From the NCBI GenBank assembly GCA_963727525.1, contig CAVSGO010000005.1, positions 544,001-608,000 of the forward strand: DNA of 64,000 nucleotides, written 5' to 3'. The position numbers were made by a program, and so were the translations under genes. The notes below the pieces were generated by a model. That model was not told where the DNA came from. It ran no database searches and was given only the letters and a program-made list of their open reading frames with translations. Positions 1-10,331 of the stretch are shown here, one piece after another. This stretch comes from an uncultured bacterium. GTDB taxonomy: Bacteria; Krumholzibacteriota; Krumholzibacteriia; LZORAL124-64-63. How positions within the stretch are numbered: position 1 is the stretch's first letter; the number at the start of each line of letters is the position of its first letter.

Positions 1-1902
1 GGCGACGCGTTCGCTTCCGGTGGAATCGGCGCTCGCGATCTCCAGGGCCACGGCCAGGGGCAGCGGCCCGAGCAGGTCGCGGCCATTCTGGAAGATGGGC
101 TTGCCGGAGAACTTGGTGTCGGGATCGCGGTCGCCCCAGGCGCCCTGCTCGCTGAGCAGGAACACCTGGCCGCTGATGCGGGGCAGCGACGCCTGCACCG
201 GATGCAGCGATTGCGCCATGGGCAGCACGGTCGCCACGCCATGCATCGATTCCACGATCGGGTGGTCGGTGTAGCCACGGTCCACCACCACCGCCGACCG
301 CAAGCCCACGCCCGCGAGATCCGACTGCTCACGCGTGGCGACGATGACGTCGCCCTCGAGCTTGACGTTGTAATCCTGCGTCCACGCGCGCACCGACTCC
401 GGCGTGGGCGGGTCGCAGAGCACGAGCATCGCGCCGCCGCGGTCGAGGTAGGCGTCGAGGGCCGCCAGCTCGCCCGACGAGAAGTCGAGCTTGGGGCCGG
501 CGATGATCAACAGATCGAAGTTGCGCGGCACCTCGAGGCGGTCGGGCAGCAGCAGCGAACGGAGCTGGTAGCCATTGGCGGCGAGCAGGTCGGCCACGGA
601 CGAGTAACCGGCACGCTGGGTACCGTCGAGCAGGTGCTCGCCGTGGCCCAGCACGTAGCCCACGGTGGGGCGAGTGTTGGTGGCAAGCCGGTAGATCATG
701 TTGATGAGTTGCCCCTCGTCGGGCTCGAGCATGCCCTGGCGGCGGTCGCCCACCTGCACCACCACGGTGCGCGCCACTGCCACACGATCCTGCTTCACCA
801 GCTCGGGCTCGCTCTCGGGATCGATCATCCGGTAGTGCACGCGCGACGAGCGATTGGAAAGCGACTGCAGCAGTACCTCCATGCCGCTGCGCGCGGGATC
901 CAGCGGCTGGTAGAATGCGCGGATCTCCACGTTGTCCACCGGCGCCACGCGATCGGTGCCCGGTACGGGCAACGGCTGGTCGAGCGCATCGAGCACCTGC
1001 ACCGTCTGCGGGGCCAGGCTATAACGGCTGTTGGGCGTGAGATCCACGGCCAGAGGCCGCCGTATCGCCACGATCTGCGCGAAGATGGCCACCCCGAGCA
1101 GCACCAGTGTCGGCCACCAGCCGCGCAGCCGCCGGCGCGCCGGTTGCTTGGTGCCGCCGAGCACGGCCGTCGCCGCCGCCAGGCCCACCACGGTGAGTCC
1201 CACGTAATAAACGACGTCGCGCGAATCGATCGTGCCGCGCGAGAAACGCACGAAGTGGTCGCCCAGCGCCAGTTCCTGAGCGATGCGAGCCATCAGCCCG
1301 GGCAGGTGCGGCGCCAGGGCCCCCATCACGAACAGCGCGATGCCACTGCCGAAACTGAGGACGTAGCTCACCACCTGGTATGGGAAGAGCGCCGAGAACA
1401 CCAGTCCCCAGGCCGACACCGCCGCACTCACGAGCACGAGGCCGAGGGCCGCCACCAGCACGGGGCCCACCTCCGGCTTGCCCAGCACGCTCACGACGCC
1501 GAAATAGAATCCGCTGGCAACGATGAGCACCACGGCCACCGCCACGGCCGAGAGCCACTTGCCCAGGACCCAGGTGCGGTCGGGCACCGGCCAGCTCATG
1601 ATCAGATCGAAGCGACCGGATCGTAGTTCCCCGCTGAGCAACCGCATCGTGACGGCCGGCAGCAGGAAGAGCAGGAAGATGATCATGTCGGTGACGAGCG
1701 GCCGGAACACGCCCTCGGTGAAATTGAGGAAGCCGCCGCGCCCGCTGCGCACGGCCACCAGGCTCGACTCGGCGTAGCCCAGCAGGAAGAGCGTGAAGAA
1801 CAGACCGGCGAGGGCCAGGAAGCCGATGATCACCACCGGCGCCATCGCGCTGTGGAAGAAGGCCGCGATCTCGCGCCGCGCGATCGCCAGCGTCTGCTTC
1901 AC
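1..1902 (-). CDS. ABC-2 permease (GldF-like) fused in frame to a GldG-like periplasmic domain; 3' end runs off the window
   Basis: GTG at 1902 overlaps the ATPase stop (GTGA). Reads MKQTLAIARREIAAFFHS...LLPAVTMRLLSGELRSGRFDLIMSWP...VLGKW (GldF-like) and, in the same frame, DLTPNSRYSL at ~1044 (GldG-like). Probably missing from the ORF track because no stop falls inside the window. Confidence 0.75.
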   Translation of the reverse strand, partial: MKQTLAIARREIAAFFHSAMAPVVIIGFLALAGLFFTLFLLGYAESSLVAVRSGRGGFLNFTEGVFRPLVTDMIIFLLFLLPAVTMRLLSGELRSGRFDLIMSWPVPDRTWVLGKWLSAVAVAVVLIVASGFYFGVVSVLGKPEVGPVLVAALGLVLVSAAVSAWGLVFSALFPYQVVSYVLSFGSGIALFVMGALAPHLPGLMARIAQELALGDHFVRFSRGTIDSRDVVYYVGLTVVGLAAATAVLGGTKQPARRRLRGWWPTLVLLGVAIFAQIVAIRRPLAVDLTPNSRYSLAPQTVQVLDALDQPLPVPGTDRVAPVDNVEIRAFYQPLDPARSGMEVLLQSLSNRSSRVHYRMIDPESEPELVKQDRVAVARTVVVQVGDRRQGMLEPDEGQLINMIYRLATNTRPTVGYVLGHGEHLLDGTQRAGYSSVADLLAANGYQLRSLLLPDRLEVPRNFDLLIIAGPKLDFSSGELAALDAYLDRGGAMLVLCDPPTPESVRAWTQDYNVKLEGDVIVATREQSDLAGVGLRSAVVVDRGYTDHPIVESMHGVATVLPMAQSLHPVQASLPRISGQVFLLSEQGAWGDRDPDTKFSGKPIFQNGRDLLGPLPLAVALEIASADSTGSERVA

Positions 1903-2864
1903 GGCTGCTCCTTCGCGCTGCTGCCGCGCTCGGGCCTCACCGGCCGCTCGCCGCCGGTGAGGCGCAGGAAGAGATCCTCGAGCGTGGGGCCGTGGTCCTC
2001 CATGCGCTGCAGCCGGCCGCCCGCCGCGAGCAGAGCATCCACGAGCCGCGGTTTGACCTCCGCAGGATCGCCCAACACCACGACCTCGGCTCCGTCGTCG
2101 GTGGGCCGCGCCGACGCCACACCCGCCACGGCACCGAGCGCCGCGAGCACGGCATCGCGCGCGCCGTCCCAGGTGAGGGTCACGACATGGTGCTGATCGC
2201 GCAACTGCGTCAGGCTGGATGCACGTTCCTCGCACACGAGACGGCCACGATCCAGGATGAGCACGCGGTCGCACACCTGGCTCACCTCGGTAAGGATGTG
2301 GCTGGACAGCAGCACCGTCTTGTGGCCGCGGAACTCGCGGATCAGCTCGCGGATCTCGACGATCTGGTGGGGATCGAGGCCGGCGGTGGGTTCGTCGAGG
2401 ATCAGCACCGGCGGATCGCCCACCAGCGCCTGCGCCAGCCCCACCCGCTGGCGGTAGCCCTTCGACAGGTGCCCCACGAGCTTGTGCCGCACGTCGCCAA
2501 TGCCCACCTGCTCGGCGATGGCGTCGAGTTGCGACTCGCGTTCGCCGCGCGGCACGCCCTTGAGATCGGCGACGAAGCGCAGCAGGTCGAGCACCGGTGT
2601 TTCGGGATAGAGAGGCGCATTTTCGGGCATGAAGCCGATGAGGCGACGCACCGCGAGCGATGCCGTCTGCACATCCTCGCCCCCCACGCGTACGCGCCCG
2701 GCCGTGGGCGCCAGACTACCGGTGATGATCTTCATGCACGTGGACTTGCCCGCGCCGTTGGGACCGAGGAATCCGGCCACCTCGCCCACCTCCACGACGA
2801 AGCTCACCCCATCGAGTGCGAGGGTGTCGCCGTAGCGTCGGCTGAGGTGGTCGACCTCGATCAT
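1899..2864 (-). CDS. ABC transporter ATP-binding protein (GldA-like)
   Basis: Walker A GPNGAGKST, signature LSKGYRQRVG, Walker B LILDEPT; ATG at 2864 (MIEVDHLSRRYG). Confidence 0.9.
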   Translation of the reverse strand: MIEVDHLSRRYGDTLALDGVSFVVEVGEVAGFLGPNGAGKSTCMKIITGSLAPTAGRVRVGGEDVQTASLAVRRLIGFMPENAPLYPETPVLDLLRFVADLKGVPRGERESQLDAIAEQVGIGDVRHKLVGHLSKGYRQRVGLAQALVGDPPVLILDEPTAGLDPHQIVEIRELIREFRGHKTVLLSSHILTEVSQVCDRVLILDRGRLVCEERASSLTQLRDQHHVVTLTWDGARDAVLAALGAVAGVASARPTDDGAEVVVLGDPAEVKPRLVDALLAAGGRLQRMEDHGPTLEDLFLRLTGGERPVRPERGSSAKEQP

Positions 2865-2874
2865 CGGGATACCG

Positions 2875-3879
2875 TCAAGCCGTCCACCGCAGGAGCGTGG
2901 CGCCCCACGTGAAGCCGGCGCCGAAACTGCACAGCACGACCCAGTCGCCCTTGGCGACGCGACCCTCATCCTGGGCCACGCGCAGGGCCGACGGGATGCT
3001 CGCGCTCGTCGTGTTGCCGAAGCGGTCGATCGTGATCATGACCTGCTCCTCGCTGAGACCGACGCGCTTGGCCACGGCCTCGATGATGCGCAGGTTCGCC
3101 TGGTGTGGCACGAAGAGGCGCACATCCTCGCTCTTGAGCCCGTTGCGCTCCAGGATATCCCGCGTCACCTCGGTCATGCCCTTGACGGCGTACTTGTAGA
3201 CCTCGCGGCCGTGCTGGTAGATCTGGTGCATCTTCGCATCGACGGTCTCGTGGGTCGCCGGATGTCGGCTACCGCCACCCGGCATGTAGAGGTACTCGGC
3301 TCCGATGCCGTCGATGTGATTGATGTGATCGACGATACCCTGCTCACCCTCGGCCAGGCGCTCGAGGATCACCGCCGCCGCGCCGTCGCCAAAGAGGATG
3401 CAGGTGTTGCGATCGGTGTAGTCGACGATCGACGACATCACCTCGCTGCCGATGACGACGGCCTTCTTCACGGCGCCGGTCTCGACCTGCGCCCGCGCCG
3501 TCTGCAACGCGAAGACGAAGCCACTGCAGGCCGCCACGAGATCGTAGCCCCACGCGTTCACGAGCCCCAGCTCGCGCTGAATGAGGCAGCAGGTGGAGGG
3601 GAAGAGCATGTCCGGCGTCACGGTGGGCACGACGACGAGGTCGATCTCCTCCGGGGCTACCCCCGCGGCCGCCATCGCCTTCTTCGCCGCCAGCGCTCCG
3701 TGCACCGAGGCACCGGTGCCCGGTTCGACGAGGTGGCGTTCGCGAATTCCCGTGCGTTCCACGATCCACTGGTCGTTGGTCTCGACCATCTTCTCGAGTT
3801 CGGCGTTGGTCAGCACCCTTTCCGGGAACGACATGCCGACGCCGGTGATCCCGGCCGAATGAAGCGTCCGTGCTGGCAT
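2875..3879 (-). CDS. fabH: 3-oxoacyl-ACP synthase III
   Basis: AACSGF, VPHQAN and GNTTSAS catalytic motifs; GAGFTWG at the C-terminus. Confidence 0.95.
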   Translation of the reverse strand: MPARTLHSAGITGVGMSFPERVLTNAELEKMVETNDQWIVERTGIRERHLVEPGTGASVHGALAAKKAMAAAGVAPEEIDLVVVPTVTPDMLFPSTCCLIQRELGLVNAWGYDLVAACSGFVFALQTARAQVETGAVKKAVVIGSEVMSSIVDYTDRNTCILFGDGAAAVILERLAEGEQGIVDHINHIDGIGAEYLYMPGGGSRHPATHETVDAKMHQIYQHGREVYKYAVKGMTEVTRDILERNGLKSEDVRLFVPHQANLRIIEAVAKRVGLSEEQVMITIDRFGNTTSASIPSALRVAQDEGRVAKGDWVVLCSFGAGFTWGATLLRWTA

Positions 3880-3996
3880 GGTGTCCTTTCCGTCACGGCG
3901 ATGCGCCGCGGCTGGTGGCGCCTTCCCCGTAAGACGTTACGGAATGATCGGGGAATCGGGCACAAAAATCCAGAATAAAGGCCGCCGTGGAACGCT

Positions 3997-4030
3997 GCGA
4001 GGGTCTCCGCTCGCTGGCAGAGACCCTCGC
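3997..4030 (-). terminator. Strong hairpin after rplQ, probable end of the superoperon
   Basis: GCGAGGGTCTCTGC-CAGCGA-GCGGAGACCCTCGC (14-bp stem with one G-U), followed ~17 nt later by TTTATTCTGGATTTTT. Confidence 0.55.
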
Positions 4031-4057
4031 TGGCGTCATGGCGCGGCACGGAAGGCC

Positions 4058-4606
4058 CTAGGCGTCCTTCTCGTCCGTGGATTCGGGTGCCTGCTCGTCC
4101 GGGGATTCAGGCGCCTGCTCGTCGGCAGCGCGTTCCTTCTCCTCGGCCGCCTCGACGAGCGCCGCCTTCGCCTCCGCCTTCTCCTCGGCCTTGAGGATGC
4201 GGCGGGCACGCTTGCGCTTGAGGCTGTCCGACACCGTCATCTTCACGGTGGTGCCCACCAGTTCGAGAATGGCCATCTCCGCATTGTCGCCCTTGCGGTT
4301 CCCGTTCAGGCGCATGATGCGGGTATAGCCTCCCGGCCGCTCTGCGAAACGCGGGCCGATCTCCTCGAACAGCTTCTTGAGCACCTGCGGATCGTTGATC
4401 TTGCGCGCCGCCATACGACGGGCGTGCAGATCGCCACGCTTCGCGAAGGTGATGAGCTTCTCGGCGACCGACCGCGCCTCCTTGGCCTTGGGCACCGTCG
4501 TCTGGATCCGCTCGTGCTCGAAGAGCGCCGTGACCAGGTTTCGGTACAGCATGGCCCGATGGGCAGCCGTGCGGTTCAGCTTTCGTCCGCTGACATTGTG
4601 ACGCAT
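4058..4606 (-). CDS. rplQ: 50S ribosomal protein L17 with C-terminal extension
   Basis: MRHNVSGRKLNRT...RPGGYTRI; follows rpoA. Confidence 0.97.
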   Translation of the reverse strand: MRHNVSGRKLNRTAAHRAMLYRNLVTALFEHERIQTTVPKAKEARSVAEKLITFAKRGDLHARRMAARKINDPQVLKKLFEEIGPRFAERPGGYTRIMRLNGNRKGDNAEMAILELVGTTVKMTVSDSLKRKRARRILKAEEKAEAKAALVEAAEEKERAADEQAPESPDEQAPESTDEKDA

Positions 4607-4618
4607 GGTCTTCCGTCC

Positions 4619-5617
4619 TTATTCCGCGGTACGCGACTTGACCCGCTGCGAGACTTCCTCGGGGAAGCTCATGCCGAAGGTCAGCCCCATACCGTCGAGG
4701 ATCTCGGCGATCTCGTTCAAGCTCTTACGACCGAAATTGCGAAACTTCAGCATCTCGCCCTCGGTCTTCGTCACCAGATCGTAGAGGGTCTTGATGTTTC
4801 CGGATTTGAGGCAGTTCGCCGACCGCACCGACAGCTCTAGCTCTTCGACGTTGCGGGCCAGCAGATCCACCTGCCGCTCCTGTTCCTCGTCGACCTCGAC
4901 CTCCTGCGCATCGATCGGCGCCTCGTCGAAGTTGATGAAGACCTGGAAATGATCCTTGAGGATCTTCGACGCGAAGCCCACCGCATCTTCGGGCTTTACC
5001 GCGCCGTTGGTCGTGATGTCGACCACCAGTTTGTCATAGTCGGTGCGCTGCCCCACGCGCGTGTCTTCCACGCGGTAGGCCACCTTGCGAATCGGCGAGA
5101 AATTGGCATCCATGCGAATGACGCCGATCACCTCGTCGGGAATCTCGTGCACCTCGCGATCCACGTAGCTACGGCCCACGTCCACGAAGAGACGGGCCGA
5201 GAACTTGCCGGCATCGGTGATGTGGCAGATCACCAGGTCGGGGTTGCGGATCTCGAGGTCCGGATGGCCCTGGATCATCCCGGCCGTCACGGGACCCGGT
5301 TCGCTCACCTCGAGCGTCGCCCAGCCGGACGGCGCGTCGGACAGCTCGAACACCACTTCCTTGAGATTCAGGACGATGTCCGTCATGTCCTCGAGAACGA
5401 AGGGCAGCGTGCTCATCTCATGCTGCACGCCCTCGATGTGCACGGCCGTGATCGCGTGCCCGTGAATGCTGGACAGCAGCGTGCGCCGCAGGGCATTGCC
5501 CAGCGTCTGGCCGAAGCCACGCTCGAGCGGCGCGATCGAGAGCGAGGCGAAGGTGCTGGTCTGCGAATCCCGGTCGACCTTCACACCCTCGGGCATCATC
5601 ATGTTCACCCAACGCAT
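4619..5617 (-). CDS. rpoA: RNA polymerase alpha subunit
   Basis: PLERGFGQTLGNALRR; alpha-CTD LELSVRSANCL and NFGRKSLNEI. Confidence 0.98.
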   Translation of the reverse strand: MRWVNMMMPEGVKVDRDSQTSTFASLSIAPLERGFGQTLGNALRRTLLSSIHGHAITAVHIEGVQHEMSTLPFVLEDMTDIVLNLKEVVFELSDAPSGWATLEVSEPGPVTAGMIQGHPDLEIRNPDLVICHITDAGKFSARLFVDVGRSYVDREVHEIPDEVIGVIRMDANFSPIRKVAYRVEDTRVGQRTDYDKLVVDITTNGAVKPEDAVGFASKILKDHFQVFINFDEAPIDAQEVEVDEEQERQVDLLARNVEELELSVRSANCLKSGNIKTLYDLVTKTEGEMLKFRNFGRKSLNEIAEILDGMGLTFGMSFPEEVSQRVKSRTAE

Positions 5618-5652
5618 ACGTATTCCATCCCTTCCGCTGTGCAGCCCGGAAC

Positions 5653-6285
5653 TTAAACCTTCGAATAGAGCTCCACGATCAGGTTTTCCTGAATGGGGAT
5701 GGGCAGGTCGGTGAGCTGAGGCTCGGCGACCAGCTTGCCTTCGAGCTTCTTGTCGTCAGCGTCGACGAACGCCAGCCGATCGCGCTTGTTCGCGTTCTTC
5801 ACGGCCTCGGCGACCATCGGGATGTTCCGGCTCTTCTCACGGACAGCGACCACCTGACCCAGCCGCAACTGCATGCTCGGGATGTCACAGACCACGCCTT
5901 CGACCGCCACATGCTTGTGGCGAACGAGCTGGCGCGCCGCCGAACGCGAGGGCGCAAAGCCCAGGCGGTAGACGACGCTGTCGAGCCGCTTCTCGAGGAG
6001 GTTGAAGAGGTTCTCACCCGTCGGACCCTGGCGCCGGTTGGCCTCTGCATAGTAGAGACGGAACTGGCGCTCGAGCACGCCGTAAATGGCGCGCACCTTC
6101 TGCTTCTCTCGGAGCTGAAGCTTGTAGTCCGAGGGTTTACGCCCGCGGCGACGGCCATGCTGCCCCGGCCCATACGGCCGGCGCTCGATGGCGCAACTGC
6201 TGCTGAAGCAGCGCTCGCCTTTCAGGAAGAGCTTCATCCCCTCACGGCGGCAAAGCTTGCACTTCGCCTCGGTATACCTAGCCAT
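5653..6285 (-). CDS. rpsD: 30S ribosomal protein S4 (Zn-binding form)
   Basis: MARYTEAKCKLCRREG; RLDSVVYRLGF. Confidence 0.98.
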   Translation of the reverse strand: MARYTEAKCKLCRREGMKLFLKGERCFSSSCAIERRPYGPGQHGRRRGRKPSDYKLQLREKQKVRAIYGVLERQFRLYYAEANRRQGPTGENLFNLLEKRLDSVVYRLGFAPSRSAARQLVRHKHVAVEGVVCDIPSMQLRLGQVVAVREKSRNIPMVAEAVKNANKRDRLAFVDADDKKLEGKLVAEPQLTDLPIPIQENLIVELYSKV

Positions 6286-6346
6286 CGAGTGGTACCTCCC
6301 ACGGCGTCGCGGGGTCCTGTCGCCCCGACGCCGTTCGTGTCAGAAA

Positions 6347-6748
6347 CTAGAGGCGGCGGCGCTTCTTCGGCCGACAGCCATTGTGCGGGATCGCCGTACA
6401 GTCCTTGATCCGCGCCACCTCGAGGCCCTCGGCCTTGAGGCTGCGGACCGCGGCCTCGCGGCCGGACCCGGGACCCTTGATCCAGACCTCGACCTTCCGC
6501 ATACCGGCGGACAGCACCTCCTGGGCGCAGAACCGGGCGGCGAGCTGGGCGGCAAAGGCGGTCGATTTGCGACTGCCCTTGTACCGACCCTGGTGCCCAC
6601 CCGACGACCAGGTGATCACGTTGCCCTGCATGTCGGTGATCGAGACGAGCGTGTTGTTGAAACTCGACTTGATGTGGGCCACGCCCACCGAGTCCAGCTT
6701 CTTCTTCTTCTGGCGGACCTTGCCGCGCTTGTCCTTGGCCGTGGCCAC
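6347..6748 (-). CDS. rpsK: 30S ribosomal protein S11
   Basis: [23 protein letters not shown] start after GGAGG. Confidence 0.97.
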   Translation of the reverse strand: MATAKDKRGKVRQKKKKLDSVGVAHIKSSFNNTLVSITDMQGNVITWSSGGHQGRYKGSRKSTAFAAQLAARFCAQEVLSAGMRKVEVWIKGPGSGREAAVRSLKAEGLEVARIKDCTAIPHNGCRPKKRRRL

Positions 6749-6763
6749 TGGCAACCTCCTGCC

Positions 6764-7132
6764 TTACTTCTTCTTGGCACCCGGCCGAGCCCGGGGGCCC
6801 TTGCGCGTGCGAGCATTGTTCTTGGTGTTCTGTCCCCGCACGGGCAGCTTGCGACGGTGGCGCAGGCCCCGATAGCAGCCGATATCCATCAGACGCTGGA
6901 TATTCATGCTGACTTCCGTGCGCAGCGTACCTTCCACCTGATAATCCTTGTCGATGATCCCGATGATCCGACGGGTCTGCTCCTCGTTGAGGTCCCTCGT
7001 CTTCGTCTCGGGACTGATATCCGCCTTGCGGCAGATATCGAAAGCCCGGTGGGGGCCGATCCCGAAGATGTAGGTAAGGGACGTCGCGACCCGCTTCTCA
7101 TTCGGAATGTCGACGCCAGCAATTCGCGCCAC
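6764..7132 (-). CDS. rpsM: 30S ribosomal protein S13
   Basis: [24 protein letters not shown]. Confidence 0.98.
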   Translation of the reverse strand: MARIAGVDIPNEKRVATSLTYIFGIGPHRAFDICRKADISPETKTRDLNEEQTRRIIGIIDKDYQVEGTLRTEVSMNIQRLMDIGCYRGLRHRRKLPVRGQNTKNNARTRKGPRARPGAKKK

Positions 7133-7150
7133 TTAAGGCTCCTTTCGTCC

Positions 7151-7264
7151 TCAACCCTGGCGCTGACTGTGCCGGCGGTTGATGCAAATCACCCGCACGA
7201 CGCCTTTGCGCCGAATGATCTTGCACTTCGGGCAGATCTTCTTCACGGAACTGCGAACCTTCAT
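7151..7264 (-). CDS. rpmJ: 50S ribosomal protein L36
   Basis: Translated by hand: [37 protein letters not shown] (below the ORF-track size cut-off). Confidence 0.96.
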   Translation of the reverse strand: MKVRSSVKKICPKCKIIRRKGVVRVICINRRHSQRQG

Positions 7265-7313
7265 TGCGACCACTCCTCGACGGCGCCCAGAGTACTCTGT
7301 CTGAACGGCGCTC

Positions 7314-7532
7314 CTACTTGTACCGATACGTGATGCGCCCGCGGGTCAAGTCATAGGGCGACAGCTCGACCGTGACCTTGTCTCCCGGCAGGATGCGGAT
7401 GAAGTGCATGCGCATCTTGCCCGACACGTGTGCGAGTACCACGTGCTTGTTCTCCAGCTCGACCCGGAAATTGGCGTTGGGCAGCGCTTCGATCACCGTA
7501 CCCTCGACGCTGATTCCCTCTTCCTTCGCCAT
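7314..7532 (-). CDS. infA: Translation initiation factor IF-1
   Basis: MAKEEGI...[15 protein letters not shown]...YDLTRGRI. Confidence 0.98.
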   Translation of the reverse strand: MAKEEGISVEGTVIEALPNANFRVELENKHVVLAHVSGKMRMHFIRILPGDKVTVELSPYDLTRGRITYRYK

Positions 7533-8312
7533 TCAAATCTCCCCTGCGTCGGCCCATCGGGGGCGATTGGTGAGGACCTGCGTCCCCTGCTCAGTCACGG
7601 CGACCGTGTGCTCGAAATGCGCCGACAGCTTGCGGTCGGCCGTCACCACGGTCCATTTGTCCGCCAGGGTCACGACACGCTTCGTGCCCTGGTTGATCAT
7701 CGGCTCGATCGCGATCACCAAGCCCACCTCCAGCGAGGGGTCGGGCGAGGTGAAGCAGCGGTAGTTGGGCACCTGCGGATCCTCGTGCATCTGCTGGCCG
7801 ATGCCATGGCCAACCAGCGTCTCCACCACCGAGAATCCGTTCGCCGTCGCGTGCGCCTCCACCGCAGTGCCGATCACCGACAGCCGCTTCCCCGCTTCCA
7901 CCGACGCGATCGCGCGCCACAGGCATTCCTCGGTCACCTGCAGCAGCTTCGTCGACTCCGGCGAGATCTCGCCCACCGGCAGCGTCTCCGCGCTGTCAGC
8001 GTGCCAGCCGTCGTGGATCAGGCCGATATCGATCCCGACGACGTCGCCATCCTTCAGGGGCCGGTCGCCCGGAATCCCATGCACGACCTGCTCGTTCACC
8101 GAGATGCAGGCCGAGGCCGGAAAGCCATTGTATCCCTTGAACGATGGGATACAGCCCGCATCGCGAATCATGCCCTCGAGCGCGGCGTCGAGGTCGCCCG
8201 TCGTCACGCCGGGCTTCACTAGGTCTCTCACCGCCATGAAGACCTCGGCCAGGATCTTCCCGCTGGCCGCCATCCTGGCAATCTCGTCGGGCGTCTTCAA
8301 ACGGATCTGCAC
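7533..8312 (-). CDS. map: Methionine aminopeptidase type I
   Basis: SVNEQVVHGIP, GHGIG, EPMIN, SAHFEHTV; GTG start at 8312. Confidence 0.95.
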   Translation of the reverse strand: MQIRLKTPDEIARMAASGKILAEVFMAVRDLVKPGVTTGDLDAALEGMIRDAGCIPSFKGYNGFPASACISVNEQVVHGIPGDRPLKDGDVVGIDIGLIHDGWHADSAETLPVGEISPESTKLLQVTEECLWRAIASVEAGKRLSVIGTAVEAHATANGFSVVETLVGHGIGQQMHEDPQVPNYRCFTSPDPSLEVGLVIAIEPMINQGTKRVVTLADKWTVVTADRKLSAHFEHTVAVTEQGTQVLTNRPRWADAGEI

Positions 8313-8313
8313 C

Positions 8314-8958
8314 TTACCCCAGGACACGCTGAATCCTCTCGGCCACGTCCGCCGGGGTGCCATTCCCCTCGATCGTCCGCAGCGGGTAGGTTTCGCCAAG
8401 CCGGGCCGCCGCCGGCGCCGTCTTCTCGTGATACACGGCGAGGCGATTGCGAATCGTCGCCTCCTGATCGTCCGGGCGCTGATAGAGCGCCTTCTCACCG
8501 CACACCGGGCAACGGCCAGACACGCCGCCGGCCACCGTCTCGCGGCTCGCCACGGCGCCGCAAGCCTTGCACGTGAGCCGCCGGCCCAGGCGTTCGACGA
8601 TGAGGTCATCGTCGACCTCGACCAGCAGCACCGTGTCGATCGACTGCGCGATGCGCGCCAGCAGGGCCGCGAGGCCGTCGGCCTGGGCGACCGTGCGCGG
8701 AAACCCATCGAGCAACCACCCGCCGCGTACATCCTCATCCTGCAGACGGTCGGCGATGAGGGCCATCATGAGCGCGTCCGGCACGAGATCGCCCGCTTCG
8801 AGGATCGCTTCCACCTGCTTGCCCAGCACGGTGCCGCGATGCACGGCGCGCCGCAGCATGTCGCCGGAGGAGATGTGCACCAGCACATACTTCTCGGCGA
8901 TGCCGCTGGCCTGCGTCCCCTTGCCGCCTCCCGGCGGGCCCATGATCACGACGTTCAT
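8314..8958 (-). CDS. adk: Adenylate kinase (Zn LID)
   Basis: GPPGGGKGT, LLDGFPRT; LID CKAC...CPVC. Confidence 0.96.
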   Translation of the reverse strand: MNVVIMGPPGGGKGTQASGIAEKYVLVHISSGDMLRRAVHRGTVLGKQVEAILEAGDLVPDALMMALIADRLQDEDVRGGWLLDGFPRTVAQADGLAALLARIAQSIDTVLLVEVDDDLIVERLGRRLTCKACGAVASRETVAGGVSGRCPVCGEKALYQRPDDQEATIRNRLAVYHEKTAPAAARLGETYPLRTIEGNGTPADVAERIQRVLG

Positions 8959-8980
8959 TCCTTCACCACGCTCATGCTCG

Positions 8981-10279
8981 CTAGCGGCGCGCCCGCAGGC
9001 GGCCCTTGGCCATGAAACCGTCGTAGTGCCGCATCAGGAGGTGCGACTCGATCTGCTGCAATGTATCCAGGGCCACACCCACGACGATCAGCAGTCCCGT
9101 GCCGCCGAAGTAGAACGGCACGTTCAGGAAGTTGATCATCATGTCGGGCAGGACCGCGATCACCGCCAGGAATACGGCGCCCGGCAGCGTGACGCGGGTC
9201 AGCACGCGGTCGATGTACTCGGCCGTCTTCTTGCCAGGACGCACGCCCGGGATGAAGCCGCTGTTCTTCTTCATGTTATCCGCCAGATCCACCGGGTTCA
9301 GGATGACCGCGGTGTAGAAGTAGGCGAACAGGATGATCAGCGCCGAGTAGATGATCACATAGATCGGACTCGAATGTCGGAACGCACCGGCGATGGTTCC
9401 CCAGAAGTTGCTGTTGGGAAAGAACCCGCCCAGCGTCGCCGGGAACATGATGATCGACTGCGCGAAGATGATCGGGATCACGCCGGCGGTGTTCACGCGC
9501 AGCGGGATGTGGGTGCTGGCGCCGCCGTAGACGCGCCGCCCGACGATCTTCTTTGCGTACTGCACCGGAATCCGCCGCTGGCCCTGCGTGATGGCGATGA
9601 TGCCAGCGATCACGCCGATCATGAAGACGAGGATGATCGCCAGCTTGGCCCAGTGCATCTCACCGCTGCGCATCTGCTCGAGCGTACGCAGAATGTCGGC
9701 CGGATAGCGCGCGATGATGCCGATGAAAATGATCAGCGAGATGCCGTTGCCGATGCCACGTTCGGTGATCTGCTCGCCCAGCCACATCACGAGCACGGTG
9801 CCCGTGGTCAGCGTGAGGATGAACATGAGCTTGAACGCCAGTCCGGGCGACGCCACGACGCCGAGGCTCTCGACAGCGAAACTCATGCCGAAGGCCTGAA
9901 CGAGCGCGAGACCCACGGTCCCATACCGTGTGTATTGGTTGATCCGTTTACGCCCTTCCTCGCCTTCCTTCGCGAGCTTCTCGAAGTACGGCACCACGGC
10001 CTGCAGTAGCTGCAGGATGATCGACGCGCTGATATACGGCATGATGCCCAGCGCGAACACGGTGGCGTTGTGCAGGTTGCCGCCGGAGAACATGTCGTAC
10101 AATCCGGCCAGCGAACCCTGCAGCCCCGAAAAGAACTGCGCAAGCGCCACGCGATCGATGCCCGGCACCGGGATGTGGCTGCCCAGTCGATAGATGGCCA
10201 GAATCAGGGCCGTGAACAGGATCCGCCGCTTCAGTTCGGGGATCTTGAACATCGACTGGTAACTGCGGGTGATATTCAA
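8981..10279 (-). CDS. secY: Preprotein translocase SecY
   Basis: LGIMPYISAS, GIGNGISL, AGVIPIIFA, FIPGVRPG; TTG start. Confidence 0.98.
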   Translation of the reverse strand: MNITRSYQSMFKIPELKRRILFTALILAIYRLGSHIPVPGIDRVALAQFFSGLQGSLAGLYDMFSGGNLHNATVFALGIMPYISASIILQLLQAVVPYFEKLAKEGEEGRKRINQYTRYGTVGLALVQAFGMSFAVESLGVVASPGLAFKLMFILTLTTGTVLVMWLGEQITERGIGNGISLIIFIGIIARYPADILRTLEQMRSGEMHWAKLAIILVFMIGVIAGIIAITQGQRRIPVQYAKKIVGRRVYGGASTHIPLRVNTAGVIPIIFAQSIIMFPATLGGFFPNSNFWGTIAGAFRHSSPIYVIIYSALIILFAYFYTAVILNPVDLADNMKKNSGFIPGVRPGKKTAEYIDRVLTRVTLPGAVFLAVIAVLPDMMINFLNVPFYFGGTGLLIVVGVALDTLQQIESHLLMRHYDGFMAKGRLRARR

Positions 10280-10331
10280 AGCAGTGTTTCCTTTGCTCGG
10301 CTAGCGTCGCGCGCCGCCTCGATCCTCATTC

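Noticed and set aside
8975-10312. ~18-nt imperfect direct repeat flanking secY (tgctcg-ctagcggcgcgc / tgctcggctagcgtcgcgc)
   Set aside because: Short, GC-rich and imperfect; secY is in its canonical position with no sign of mobility.
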